Source: Endomicrobiaceae bacterium
GTDB taxonomy: Bacteria > Elusimicrobiota > Endomicrobiia > Endomicrobiales > Endomicrobiaceae
Direction: 5' to 3'
Length of the DNA: 64,000 bases
Assembly (NCBI GenBank): GCA_028690485.1
Contig: JAQVBD010000002.1
Coordinates: forward strand, 13,100-77,099
Shown here: positions 1-9,629 of the stretch, piece by piece
Position numbering within the stretch: the first letter of the stretch is position 1
Layout of the letters: each line of letters starts with the position of its first letter
The notes under the pieces: model-generated
What the model was told of the DNA's origin: nothing
Database searches by the model: none
The model's input: the letters and a program-made list of their open reading frames with translations, nothing else
Translations under genes and position numbers: made by a program

Positions 1-877
1 TATATGGTTCTTTTAATAAATTAAATCCTAAAAATGTAAAACTAAATGCAGGATATCTATATTTATTATAATTTTTAAAGAAAACATCATAAGCTTTCCA
101 TTGATCTGTAGTTAAAGAAAGTTCATCAATAGTTTCATTTCTTAATTCCAAAAACTGAACTGATTGATCAGGAATAACTCTATATAAATAAGTTGATATG
201 TATGGCATCCCATCAAAATAAGTTGGATTTGCTTCTAAAATAATTTTCTGGTCTGTTATCCACTTTTTTAAAATATAAGGACCTGTACCTATAGGCATTC
301 TATTATATTTTGAAGTATTTATATCTTCATTTTCAAAAATATGTTTTGGAATAATACCAATACACCAACTCTCTAGTATAGGTGCAAAAGGTTCATCATA
401 AGAAACAATAAAAGAATAATCATCTATTATTTTAATTTTTTTTATCATCAAATAATTTGAAGAAAAAGGAGTTCTTGTCATTGGATCAACTAATTTTTTA
501 TATGTAAATTCAACATCTTGAACTGTAAAAGGTATTCCATCATGCCATAAAACATCTTTTCTTAATTTAAACAAAATAGATAAACCATTATCTATAACTT
601 TATAACTTTCTGCTAAATCACAAACAAGATTAAGATCTTTATCGTATTTTAAAAGACCATTATAAACAAAAGCATTTATAGCAGATGATGAAGAGTCAGA
701 TGCAAGTATAGGATTTAAATATATAGCATCTCCTATACCGGCTGTAACATACATATCACAATATTTATCTTGTACTTGGCGTTCTACATTATTATTTGAT
801 ATTTTATTATTTCCACATGCACAAAAAATCAAAAAAATCATTATATAGAATAGTTGAATATTACAAAAGGTTTTCAC
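1..877 (-). CDS. ABC transporter substrate-binding protein, family 5 (peptide/nickel, OppA/DppA-like); C-terminus cut by window edge
   Basis: Absent from the ORF track because it runs off the window. Hand translation of the minus strand gives (V)KTFCNIQLFYIMIFLIFCACGNNK..., then LRKDVLWHDGIPFTVQDVEFTYKKLVDP, PIGTGPYILKKW and LEANPTYFDG, which are typical SBP family 5 motifs. It has a lipoprotein-like signal. The start is either GTG at 877 (GTGA overlap with the rmuC stop) or ATG at 841. Confidence 0.7.
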   Translation of the reverse strand, partial: MKTFCNIQLFYIMIFLIFCACGNNKISNNNVERQVQDKYCDMYVTAGIGDAIYLNPILASDSSSSAINAFVYNGLLKYDKDLNLVCDLAESYKVIDNGLSILFKLRKDVLWHDGIPFTVQDVEFTYKKLVDPMTRTPFSSNYLMIKKIKIIDDYSFIVSYDEPFAPILESWCIGIIPKHIFENEDINTSKYNRMPIGTGPYILKKWITDQKIILEANPTYFDGMPYISTYLYRVIPDQSVQFLELRNETIDELSLTTDQWKAYDVFFKNYNKYRYPAFSFTFLGFNLLKEPY

Positions 878-2169
878 TTTCTATCACCATCATAATTATA
901 TCCCTGATTTTGGATAAGTTTTTTATCTTGTTTTTGTATAATAACATTTGGATATATATTCGCTAATTTTTGAGCTGTAGGTAAAATTGATCCTGCATTT
1001 CCATCAATATGATTTCTTGCGATATTTAAGCTATCTACTGCTTCTTGAACTTTCTTATGTGCATCAGCAAAATTTATTAAGAAATTATTAAATTTATTTA
1101 TTAATTTCTGGGCATTTTCTTTAATACTTTCAACTTCATCGGATTGCTGTTTGGCTTCCCATAATTTTGCTATTAAATTTATTGTATTAATTAATGATGT
1201 TGCAGAAACTAGAGCAATTTTTTTCTTCCATGCATTACTTGTTAAAAATGGTTTTTCTTGACAAGCAATAGAAAGAGCACTTTCTGGATTTACAAACATC
1301 AATGTAAAATCAGGTTCAACAAGCTCACTATTTTCTTGTAATTGTTCCGGATATTTTTTACTACTCAAATCATCAATAACAGCTTCTATTTGCTTAATAT
1401 GATTTTTCAAAGCTTCTTGTTTTTCTTTATGTTCAGTTTTATTGATGTATTTTTCATAATCAACAAAAATTGTTTTAGCATCTATTATAATCGTATTACC
1501 ATTAGGCAATTTTATCATTATGTCTGTTCGTTTGTTATCTTTTAACTGAGTTTGTATAAAAAGATTTTTACCAATTATAAGGCCTGAATTTGTAAGGATA
1601 TTAATTATTGTCTCTTCTCCCCAACTTCCTCTAACAATTGATTCACCTTTTATTGCATTTGTGAGTTCAAAAGCACTAGTACTTACTTCATTTGTTTTAG
1701 AAACCAAAGCTTCTAATCTCTCTTTTAAAGCTCCTTCCCTTTTATTATCTTGTTCAACAAAATTTGAAATTTGTTTTTTAAAATCATCTATATTAAGTTG
1801 AATTGGTTTCAATATACTGCTTATTGATTCTTCATTTGATACCTTTATCTTAATTTGACTATCGGAAATAATTTTATTTACTAAATTTTCAAACTCAATT
1901 TTGTTTTTTTGTTGCAAAATTTCAAAATCTTTCTTGTTTTTTTCAAGTTGTTCTTTTTCAATAATAATTTGCTGGTTATAATTTTCTAATTGATGATTTT
2001 TATTTACTAATTCATCTTTTTCTCTGCTTTGCTGTTGAAGTTGAATTTCTTTTTTATTTAACTCATCTTTTACGAATGTTATATCATTTTTCTTAGATGA
2101 TATTAGATACCCAACTACAACACCAATTAGAGAAAAAAATCCTATTACAGCAATTTGAATAATATCCAT
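874..2169 (-). CDS. rmuC: DNA recombination protein RmuC
   Basis: N-terminal TM helix and a long Q/E/K-rich coiled coil. The C-terminal RmuC-type region contains RGSWGEETIINILTNSGL and DIMIKLPNGNTIIIDAKT. Confidence 0.85.
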   Translation of the reverse strand: MDIIQIAVIGFFSLIGVVVGYLISSKKNDITFVKDELNKKEIQLQQQSREKDELVNKNHQLENYNQQIIIEKEQLEKNKKDFEILQQKNKIEFENLVNKIISDSQIKIKVSNEESISSILKPIQLNIDDFKKQISNFVEQDNKREGALKERLEALVSKTNEVSTSAFELTNAIKGESIVRGSWGEETIINILTNSGLIIGKNLFIQTQLKDNKRTDIMIKLPNGNTIIIDAKTIFVDYEKYINKTEHKEKQEALKNHIKQIEAVIDDLSSKKYPEQLQENSELVEPDFTLMFVNPESALSIACQEKPFLTSNAWKKKIALVSATSLINTINLIAKLWEAKQQSDEVESIKENAQKLINKFNNFLINFADAHKKVQEAVDSLNIARNHIDGNAGSILPTAQKLANIYPNVIIQKQDKKLIQNQGYNYDGDRK

Positions 2170-2184
2170 ATTTTATTTTCCTTA

Positions 2185-2538
2185 TTATAAATTATCCCAC
2201 TGTTTTTTACCTTCTCTTATTTGCTTAATACCTAAACTGTCTTTTTGTAAATATGATGAATATTCATTCCCCATAGAATTCATTGTTTTTTTCCAATTTT
2301 TACCTGAATAAACAGATGCATTATATTGTTTAATCCCAGGCAAATTATTAAACCATTTTTTAAATTTTTCCCAACCAACTTTAATAGATGATATAAATTT
2401 AACTACTATTTCATTTTTTAAAATATTATCATAAACTTTTTCTATTCGTTGACTTATAGACAAATCTTGTGCATAAACCATTGTTGGAACTGCAAAAAAG
2501 ACATTAAACAATAATAACAATACTAAAATTTGTCTCAT
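2185..2538 (-). CDS. small secreted hypothetical protein (117 aa)
   Basis: Signal peptide MRQILVLLLLFNVFFAVPTMVYA-QD. Its ATG overlaps the stop of the upstream TMTC-like gene (ATGA, 2535-2538). No family recognised. Confidence 0.6.
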   Translation of the reverse strand: MRQILVLLLLFNVFFAVPTMVYAQDLSISQRIEKVYDNILKNEIVVKFISSIKVGWEKFKKWFNNLPGIKQYNASVYSGKNWKKTMNSMGNEYSSYLQKDSLGIKQIREGKKQWDNL

Positions 2539-4631
2539 CTTTCTTCTCCTTTACTTTTTAATTTTTCAATTTCATTTTTAAAATCATCATCAACATAAAA
2601 TCCTTTTTCAATAGCTCTATCCATACTTTGCTTTGCTAATTCATATTTACCTAACATTAAATATACTGCTGATCTTTTATAATAATATTCTCCATTATCT
2701 TTAGATAACAATATCGCCATTGTATAATATATTACTGCATTTCTATATTCTTTTTTTAATGCAGCTATATTACCTAAAAAGAAATATCCTAAATAATTGT
2801 TTGTTTTAATATTTACTGACATTAAAAACATTTGCTCTGATTGATTATAATTACTTCTTGTAAAATATTCTTTACCAATCACATCCATTATATTACTGCT
2901 ATCTTTAATATTTTTTAATCCTTGTTGAGCTATTTCTTCAAAACTTTTAAAATCAGCTTGTTTTTTATAAATTTCCATCATAGCTAAATAGTATTGTTCT
3001 TTATCTGGATTTTTCTTTACTGCCAATTTTAAATTATCTATAGATTTATTCAAATCATTTACCTTAAAATAATAGATAGCAAGTGTATAATAATAATAAT
3101 CCGGTATAATAAATTTTCCTTGGCTTATTGTCCGTTCTAATAATTTTATGGCTTCTTCAACTTTGCCGGAATCAGCCAACATTATTGCAATATTATTTAC
3201 AACAGTAATATAGTCTGTACTTGTTTTAGGAATTTTTGAATAATATTTTTTAGCTTTATCATTATCTTTGTTTAATTGAGCTATATGTCCAAGATGAAAG
3301 ACTGTATATGCATTATTTTGTTTAATTGACAAACTCTTTTCTAAATCGTTCTCTGCTTCTTTCAAATGATTTTCATTTATATATATTATACCTCTGGTTA
3401 TATAAGCATGTTCTGCTGTATCAGGAAATTGATTAATTGTATCAGTCATCAATTTTTCTGTATTTGTCCAAAGAATTGTTCTGTTATATGTAAGATAAAA
3501 CAATATACTACTCAAGCATATAACACATAAAAACAACATGAATTTGATTTTCGGATAACTCAAATATATACATCTAACAAATTCTGCAAAAAGATAAAAT
3601 AATCCGATATAAGGCAAATAGACATATCTATCTGCAACATGAGCAACCCCTGTTGGCATTATGCCACTAGATGGTAAAAGAGTAACAATAAAAAATAAAA
3701 AGCCAAACAAAATTTTCTTTGTATATTTCATACTGAAAATAACAGCAAGAAATATCAAATACAGTACCATTGGTGAATATAAAATAAATGGCGGTGGCAG
3801 TGTATATAAATTATAAAAATTTGGATAAAGACAAGATAAATTTATAGGAAAAATACACTTCCAAATGTAAAACAAAATATTATGATGTGTATTTAAAATA
3901 TCTATAATTCTTACAAAAAATGTTGTTATTTCCTTTTCTTCAGTAGAATAATGACTAACTATTGCAAGCCAACTAAAAAATAATGAGATAATAATAAATG
4001 GAATATATTTTTTTATATTCTTAAATATAGATTTATCCTGATAATAATCTATTAATATTAATATTGCCGGTAATGTAACAGCCATTGGTTTAGATAAACA
4101 TGAGAATAAAAAGCATGTCAAAGATAAAAAAAGAAATATCTTATGATACTTTAAGTCATCAATTTTTATATAAAATAGAATAGATAGCAAATAGAACAAT
4201 GAATACAAAGTATCCTTTCTTGATGTTACCCAAGCCACTGCCTCAACATGAACCGGATGTATAGCGAAAAGCAATGATACTATATACGATATCATAAAAG
4301 ATTTAGACAATTTTCTTAAAATTAAAAAAACTAGTAATGTATTAAATAAATGTATTAATATATTGTCTAAATGATAAATATACGGATCTAATTTAAAAAA
4401 ACTATATTCTACAGCATACGATAGTGTTACTAAAGGATGGTACAATTTATAATAAGATTCTGTACAAATTGTTTTAATGTTACTTAAAGATAAATTCGTA
4501 ATATACGGATTTTCTACAATCATTACAGGGTCATCAAGGTTAACAAAATCTGCTGACAAAATTGGATAAAATGCAAAAATTGTTATATAAGAAAGTAGTA
4601 TAAGTAAGAATATTTGATATTTTTTTAGCAT
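2535..4631 (-). CDS. TMTC-like GT-C membrane glycosyltransferase with C-terminal TPR domain (PMT_2/DUF1736-type)
   Basis: About 10 TM helices. The first-loop motif is DFVNLDDPVMIVENPYI...YYKLYHPLVTLSYAVEY (compare the FDD...N and YRPL motifs of TMTC/PMT enzymes). The C-terminal ~300 aa are TPR repeats. Confidence 0.75.
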   Translation of the reverse strand: MLKKYQIFLLILLSYITIFAFYPILSADFVNLDDPVMIVENPYITNLSLSNIKTICTESYYKLYHPLVTLSYAVEYSFFKLDPYIYHLDNILIHLFNTLLVFLILRKLSKSFMISYIVSLLFAIHPVHVEAVAWVTSRKDTLYSLFYLLSILFYIKIDDLKYHKIFLFLSLTCFLFSCLSKPMAVTLPAILILIDYYQDKSIFKNIKKYIPFIIISLFFSWLAIVSHYSTEEKEITTFFVRIIDILNTHHNILFYIWKCIFPINLSCLYPNFYNLYTLPPPFILYSPMVLYLIFLAVIFSMKYTKKILFGFLFFIVTLLPSSGIMPTGVAHVADRYVYLPYIGLFYLFAEFVRCIYLSYPKIKFMLFLCVICLSSILFYLTYNRTILWTNTEKLMTDTINQFPDTAEHAYITRGIIYINENHLKEAENDLEKSLSIKQNNAYTVFHLGHIAQLNKDNDKAKKYYSKIPKTSTDYITVVNNIAIMLADSGKVEEAIKLLERTISQGKFIIPDYYYYTLAIYYFKVNDLNKSIDNLKLAVKKNPDKEQYYLAMMEIYKKQADFKSFEEIAQQGLKNIKDSSNIMDVIGKEYFTRSNYNQSEQMFLMSVNIKTNNYLGYFFLGNIAALKKEYRNAVIYYTMAILLSKDNGEYYYKRSAVYLMLGKYELAKQSMDRAIEKGFYVDDDFKNEIEKLKSKGEER

Positions 4632-4761
4632 AAAAACTCTAATGTTTTAAAATATACATATTAACAATGTATTTTACTATTTTTAATAACATACTGCAAA
4701 AGAACATTAAATTTTATTTTAAATACACAAAATACCCTATATTAATTTATTCCTACAAATA

Positions 4762-4790
4762 TTGAAAAAATGTAATCTTTTTGATATAAT
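4762..4790 (+). promoter_or_regulatory. sigma70-type promoter for the rpsB operon
   Basis: TTGAAA (4762-4767), 17-nt spacer containing TG at 4782-4783 (extended -10), then TATAAT (4785-4790). It lies about 130 nt upstream of the rpsB ATG. Confidence 0.6.
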
Positions 4791-4923
4791 TTACTAGGTT
4801 TAGTCTTGTTAAGGACATAAATACACACACAAACGAATTATTCAAAAGTCCCTTTTTAGGGTTTGAGTTTTGAAGTTTGTGGAGGTCACTTTTCTAAAGT
4901 GAAAAAAACTAAAGGAGCAGTTT

Positions 4924-5703
4924 ATGGCAAATGTAACAATGAAGTCGTTACTAGAATCTGGTGTACATTTTGGACATCAGACTAGAAGATGGAATCCAAA
5001 AATGGGGAAGTATATTTTTGGTAGCAGAAACAAAATTCACATTATTGATCTTCAAAAAACGTTGAAAGAGCTTAAAAAAGTTTACAACATTGTAAGAGAT
5101 TATGCTGCAGAAGGTAAAGAAATTCTATTTGTAGGCACAAAAAAGCAAGCTCAAGGTCCTATCAAAGAAGAAGCTTTAAGATGTGGTGCATATTTTGTAG
5201 CACAAAGATGGTTAGGTGGAACTCTTACCAATTTTGAAACATTAAAAAAATCCATAGCTAGATTGAAAGAGCTTGACACAATGAAAGAAAATGGTATCTT
5301 CCAAGTTTTATCAAAAAAAGAACAATCTCAAAAAGAAAAAGAAAGAATAAAATTAGAAAAGTCTCTTGAAGGTTTGAAACAAATGCAAAAACTTCCTCAA
5401 GTGATGTTTATTATAGATCCTCAAGAAGAAGCAACAGCATTGGCAGAAGCAAGAAAATTAGGTATACCTGTAGTTGCAGTTTGTGACACAAACTGTGATC
5501 CTGATTTAATAGACCATCCTATTCCTGGAAATGATGATGCGATAAGAGCGGTAAAATTGTTCTGTTCAGTTATTGCAGATGCAGTTTTAGAAGGAAAAGG
5601 AATTGAGAACAAACAAGAGAATGGCACAGTTGAAGAAAATATTGTAGAAGGAACTGAAGAAGTTTTAGAAAATAATAAAGAAGAAGTTAAAGTAGGAGAA
5701 TAA
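4924..5703 (+). CDS. rpsB: 30S ribosomal protein S2
   Basis: [19 protein letters not shown] and IHIIDLQKT motifs. AAGGAG SD upstream. Confidence 0.97.
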   Translation: MANVTMKSLLESGVHFGHQTRRWNPKMGKYIFGSRNKIHIIDLQKTLKELKKVYNIVRDYAAEGKEILFVGTKKQAQGPIKEEALRCGAYFVAQRWLGGTLTNFETLKKSIARLKELDTMKENGIFQVLSKKEQSQKEKERIKLEKSLEGLKQMQKLPQVMFIIDPQEEATALAEARKLGIPVVAVCDTNCDPDLIDHPIPGNDDAIRAVKLFCSVIADAVLEGKGIENKQENGTVEENIVEGTEEVLENNKEEVKVGE

Positions 5704-5705
5704 TA

Positions 5706-6551
5706 ATGTCAATTGAACTTATATCAAAACTTAGAGAAATGACAGGTGCAGGAATAAAAGATTGTAATAATGCACTTAAAGAAGCAAATAATGATATTGA
5801 ACAAGCTATTAAAATTTTAAGAGAAAAAGGTATAGCTTCAGCAGTTAAAAGAGCTGATAGATCAGCTAAACAAGGGATTGTTTATTCAAGTATTAGCGAT
5901 GATAAAAAAACAGGTGTTTTAGTTGAAGTAAACTGTGAAACAGATTTTGTTGCAAGAACAGATCAATTTAAAAACCTTGTTGTAACTATTGCATCTCATG
6001 TTGCAAAATCACAATCACAAGAAAATATTTTAGAACAAAAATATGATAACACACAAACAGTAAAAGATTTAATTACAAATGCAATTGCAACAATTGGTGA
6101 AAATATTATATTAAAAAGAGCTGTTAAGTTTGTATCCAACGGTGTAGTTAGCTCATATATACATATGAATAATTCTTTAGGTGTTTTAGTCGATTTTGAA
6201 TGTTCAGAAGAAGTTGCTAAATCAGAACAATTTCAAACTCTTACAAAAGAAATTGCAATGCAAATAGCAGCTGTTAGCCCTCTTTATATAACAAGAGATC
6301 AAGTTCCTGCAGAAGAAGTTGCTAAAGAAAAAGAAATATATGTAAAACAACTCCAAGATGAAGGGAAACCTGCAAATATAATTGAAAAAATTGTTGTTGG
6401 AAAACTTGATAAGTTTTATTCTCAAATTTGTCTTATAGACCAACCTTATATGAGAGATACAACCGGTAAAGAAAAAATTAAAGAAGTTATTGCTAAAGCA
6501 GGTAAAGATATAGTAGTAAAACAGTTTGCAAGATTTAAAATTGGTGAATAA
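5706..6551 (+). CDS. tsf: translation elongation factor Ts
   Basis: LREMTGAGIKDCNNALKEANNDIEQAIKILREKG (TS-N/UBA domain) followed by an EF-Ts core. Follows rpsB. Confidence 0.96.
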   Translation: MSIELISKLREMTGAGIKDCNNALKEANNDIEQAIKILREKGIASAVKRADRSAKQGIVYSSISDDKKTGVLVEVNCETDFVARTDQFKNLVVTIASHVAKSQSQENILEQKYDNTQTVKDLITNAIATIGENIILKRAVKFVSNGVVSSYIHMNNSLGVLVDFECSEEVAKSEQFQTLTKEIAMQIAAVSPLYITRDQVPAEEVAKEKEIYVKQLQDEGKPANIIEKIVVGKLDKFYSQICLIDQPYMRDTTGKEKIKEVIAKAGKDIVVKQFARFKIGE

Positions 6552-7244
6552 ATGAAAACTAAAAGAGTTTTACTTAAACTTTCAGGAGAAGCTTTATCTA
6601 GTAATGATAAGTCTATTTGTTCTGAAAGTCTTCAAAGTATTGTTGAAGAGATAAAACCTGTTTTATCTAAAGGTATCGAACTTTCAATAGTTGTTGGAGC
6701 AGGAAATATTTGGAGAGGTGCAGGAAAAGAAATTGATAGAGTTTCTGCTGATAAGATGGGAATGCTTGCAACAACTATAAATGCAATAGCCCTATCCGAT
6801 ATTTTAAAAGCAAACAATATAAAATCTATCATCTTATCTGCTAGTGGAGTAACTAATTTTTGTGATACTTTTTCACAACAGAAAGCTGAAGAATATCTAT
6901 CAAAAGGTTATGTTGTTGTATTTGCCGGTGGAACAGGGAATCCTTTTTTTACGACTGATACAACAGCTGCTTTAAGAGCTTCCGAAATTAAAGCTGATGT
7001 TATACTTAAAGCAACGCAAGTCAATGGAATTTACACAGCAGACCCTAAAAAAAATCCTTCTGCTATAAAATATGATAAAATAACATATCAAGAAGCTATT
7101 GATAAAAAATTAAAAATAATGGATATAAGTGCTTTTTTACTATGTATGGAAAATAATATTGCTATTTATGTTTTTGATTTTCATAAAAAAGGCAATTTGT
7201 TGAAAATGTTAACTAATCAAAATATTGGGACAATCGTTTCTTAA
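6552..7244 (+). CDS. pyrH: UMP kinase
   Basis: KRVLLKLSGEAL, VVGAGNIWRG and GGTGNPFFTTDT motifs. Confidence 0.95.
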   Translation: MKTKRVLLKLSGEALSSNDKSICSESLQSIVEEIKPVLSKGIELSIVVGAGNIWRGAGKEIDRVSADKMGMLATTINAIALSDILKANNIKSIILSASGVTNFCDTFSQQKAEEYLSKGYVVVFAGGTGNPFFTTDTTAALRASEIKADVILKATQVNGIYTADPKKNPSAIKYDKITYQEAIDKKLKIMDISAFLLCMENNIAIYVFDFHKKGNLLKMLTNQNIGTIVS

Positions 7245-7257
7245 TTTTGGAGGAAAA

Positions 7258-7818
7258 ATGTTACCAAAAGAACTTTTATTATCTGGCGAAGACTCTATGA
7301 AAAAAACCATAGAAAAGATGAAACATGATTTTTCAACAGTTAGAACCGGCAGAGCAAATCCTGCTGTTTTAGACAATTTAAAGATTGAAAGTTATGGATC
7401 TATGATGATATTAAACCAATTAGCTGGTATAAGTGTTCCTGACGGTAGAACATTAGAAATTAGACCTTGGGATATTTCACAATTAGCTGCAATAGAAAAA
7501 GCCATCCTAAAATCAGATTTAGGACTTACACCTATTAATGATGGAAAAATTATTAGAATATCTATTCCATCTCTTACAGAAGAAAGAAGAAAAGAAATTA
7601 TAAAAGTAATTAACAAAATGTCTGAAGATTACAAAGTAGCAATTAGAAATGAAAGAAGACATATTGTTGATGGAATAAAAAAATCTGAAAAAGATAAATT
7701 AATAACTGAAGATGATAGAAAAAAATACGAAGTTGATTCTCAAAAACTTACAGATATATACATTAAAAAAATAGAAGAATTAGTAGTAATAAAAGAACAA
7801 GATTTGATGAAAATCTAA
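7258..7818 (+). CDS. frr: ribosome recycling factor
   Basis: VRTGRANPAVLDNLKIESYGS and RTLEIRPWD motifs. I chose ATG 7258, preceded by GGAGG at 7248-7252, over the track start at 7225. Confidence 0.94.
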   Translation: MLPKELLLSGEDSMKKTIEKMKHDFSTVRTGRANPAVLDNLKIESYGSMMILNQLAGISVPDGRTLEIRPWDISQLAAIEKAILKSDLGLTPINDGKIIRISIPSLTEERRKEIIKVINKMSEDYKVAIRNERRHIVDGIKKSEKDKLITEDDRKKYEVDSQKLTDIYIKKIEELVVIKEQDLMKI

Positions 7819-7843
7819 CAATAAAAACATGGAGGATAGTAAA

Positions 7844-8017
7844 ATGGCATATGTAATAGATAAAGATGTTTGTGTTGGTTGTGGAGCATGTGAATCTACA
7901 TGTCCAGCAAGCGCAATAGCTGCAACAGATGACAACAAATACAGTATAAGTGATGCTTGTGTTGATTGTGGAGCATGTGCAGCAGCATGCCCAGTATCAG
8001 CAATAGCTCAAAAGTAA
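7844..8017 (+). CDS. 2x[4Fe-4S] clostridial-type ferredoxin (57 aa)
   Basis: Two CxxCxxCxxxCP motifs (CVGCGACESTCP, CVDCGACAAACP). I chose ATG 7844, preceded by GGAGG at 7831-7835. Confidence 0.9.
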   Translation: MAYVIDKDVCVGCGACESTCPASAIAATDDNKYSISDACVDCGACAAACPVSAIAQK

Positions 8018-8024
8018 TAAAAAG

Positions 8025-8732
8025 GTGTCTTTAAAAGAAAAAATAGACTTGTCTAAATTGCCAAAACATATAGCTATAATTATGGATGGTAATGGCAGGT
8101 GGGCTAAAAGTAAATTTTTACCAAGATTTATCGGTCATACTAATGGGGTCAAAACTGTAAAAAATATTGTTGAGCTTTCAAGAAAGCTTAACATAAAAGT
8201 TTTGACCCTATATGCTTTTTCTACTGAGAATTGGCAAAGACCTCAAGAAGAAATATCAGGACTAATTTCACTGTTAATAACTTATTTAAAAAGTGAAATA
8301 GAATCTATGATAAAAAATCAAATATCATTCAGAATATTAGGTGATATTTCAAGATTTTCTAAAGAAGTACAAGATGAAATTGAAAATGTTTGTAATAAAA
8401 CCAAAGATAATAGTGGTTTAGTTTTAAACATAGCTCTAAACTATGGTGCAAGACAAGAAATTATAAAAGCTTTTAAGTCTTTATATAAAAACAAAATAGA
8501 TAACCCTACTGAAGAAGATATCTCGAATTGTTTATATACAAAAGGGTTACCTGATCCTGATTTACTTATAAGAACATCCGGAGAAATGAGAATATCAAAC
8601 TTTCTTTTATGGCAAATCGCATATGCAGAAATTTATATTACCAATGTATTGTGGCCTGATTTTTCAGAAGAAGAATTTTACAAAGCAATTTTAGAGTATC
8701 AAAAAAGAGACAGGCGTTTTGGTAGTATTTAA
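8025..8732 (+). CDS. uppS: undecaprenyl diphosphate synthase
   Basis: HIAIIMDGNGRWAK, YAFSTENWQRP and IRTSGEMRISNFLLWQ motifs. GTG start. Confidence 0.95.
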   Translation: MSLKEKIDLSKLPKHIAIIMDGNGRWAKSKFLPRFIGHTNGVKTVKNIVELSRKLNIKVLTLYAFSTENWQRPQEEISGLISLLITYLKSEIESMIKNQISFRILGDISRFSKEVQDEIENVCNKTKDNSGLVLNIALNYGARQEIIKAFKSLYKNKIDNPTEEDISNCLYTKGLPDPDLLIRTSGEMRISNFLLWQIAYAEIYITNVLWPDFSEEEFYKAILEYQKRDRRFGSI

Positions 8733-8758
8733 TTTTAAACTTTTGGAGAATAAATAGT

Positions 8759-9547
8759 ATGCTTTTACCTAGGATATTGACTGCTTTGGTAGGAATCCCT
8801 ATAGTTATGTTATGTATATATATTGGAGGATTACCTTTCTTTTTTATGTTTTTTGCAGTAATAATATTTTCTGTTATGGAATTTTATACAATATGCAAAA
8901 AATATAATCCAATGAATATTATTGGCATATTTATAGCTGCCGTATTTTATATTTCATTATACCTGAATTTATATGTTCAAGAAGTTATAATATTATCTAT
9001 ATTTTTGATTTTTCTAATTACAATGTTAAGAAATAGAATAAATAATGTGTCATGTGAACTTGCTATTACTTGCTTTGGTACATTCTTTCTTACTTGGTCA
9101 TTGTATCATATGGTTTTAATAAGAGATATTGCAAATTATGGTATGCAATACATAATATTTTTATTTGTGAATATATGGGTTCTAGATACCGGTGCTTATG
9201 TTGTCGGTAAAAAATTCGGAAAACATAAGCTTGCAAAATTCATCAGTCCTAAAAAAACTATTGAAGGTGCAATTGCTGGTGTATTTACCGGTATATTTAC
9301 TGCAATAATATGCAGAGAAATATTTATGCAAAATATCATTTCAATTCAAGAAACTATAATTTTTGCAATTGTTATTTCTATTGTCGGACAATTTTCAGAT
9401 TTGGCAGAATCACTATTTAAAAGAGACTGTAATATAAAAGATTCCGGCAACATTCTTCCTGGACATGGCGGAATGTTAGATAGGTTTGATTCTTATATTT
9501 TTTGTGCACCGATATTTTACTATCTAATTATATTCATCAAAGGCTAA
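8759..9547 (+). CDS. cdsA: phosphatidate cytidylyltransferase
   Basis: ISPKKTIEGAIAG and SDLAESLFKRDCNIKDSGNILPGHGGMLDRFDS motifs. Multi-TM. Confidence 0.93.
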   Translation: MLLPRILTALVGIPIVMLCIYIGGLPFFFMFFAVIIFSVMEFYTICKKYNPMNIIGIFIAAVFYISLYLNLYVQEVIILSIFLIFLITMLRNRINNVSCELAITCFGTFFLTWSLYHMVLIRDIANYGMQYIIFLFVNIWVLDTGAYVVGKKFGKHKLAKFISPKKTIEGAIAGVFTGIFTAIICREIFMQNIISIQETIIFAIVISIVGQFSDLAESLFKRDCNIKDSGNILPGHGGMLDRFDSYIFCAPIFYYLIIFIKG

Positions 9548-9629
9548 GTCTATATAACTTCCACTTATATCATATACTGGTATTTATAAATATTGAAGAA
9601 TTATATATTTATTTTCTATAATTATACTT

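Noticed and set aside
1342-1545. Antisense or overlapping short ORFs in the track. Examples: 1342-1545, 5421-5627, 6222-6443, 6632-6832, 7392-7616, 9584-9832, 9930-10172, 10911-11117, 13236-13547, 16260-16790, 17163-17558, 17859-18134, 18590-18772, 19645-19875, 20464-20796, 21259-21975, 22490-22702, 23214-23411, 25577-25849, 27080-27376, 28433-28645, 29651-29923, 36628-36876, 40840-41055, 44988-45676, 45810-46013, 46764-46988, 52931-53179, 54864-55070, 55558-55824, 56066-56347, 57259-57492, 58039-58302, 61096-61410 and 63328-63525.
   Set aside because: Each lies wholly inside, and opposite to or out of frame with, a gene that has strong family motifs. Their translations are low-complexity F/I/L/K/N-rich, as expected for shadow ORFs in AT-rich DNA. 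None has an SD or a recognisable motif.
874-2169. RmuC as a defence-island nuclease, and MazG (50113-50511) as a nucleotide-depleting defence gene.
   Set aside because: Both are single genes among housekeeping neighbours with no other defence or mobile genes nearby. Their architectures match the ordinary chromosomal versions.
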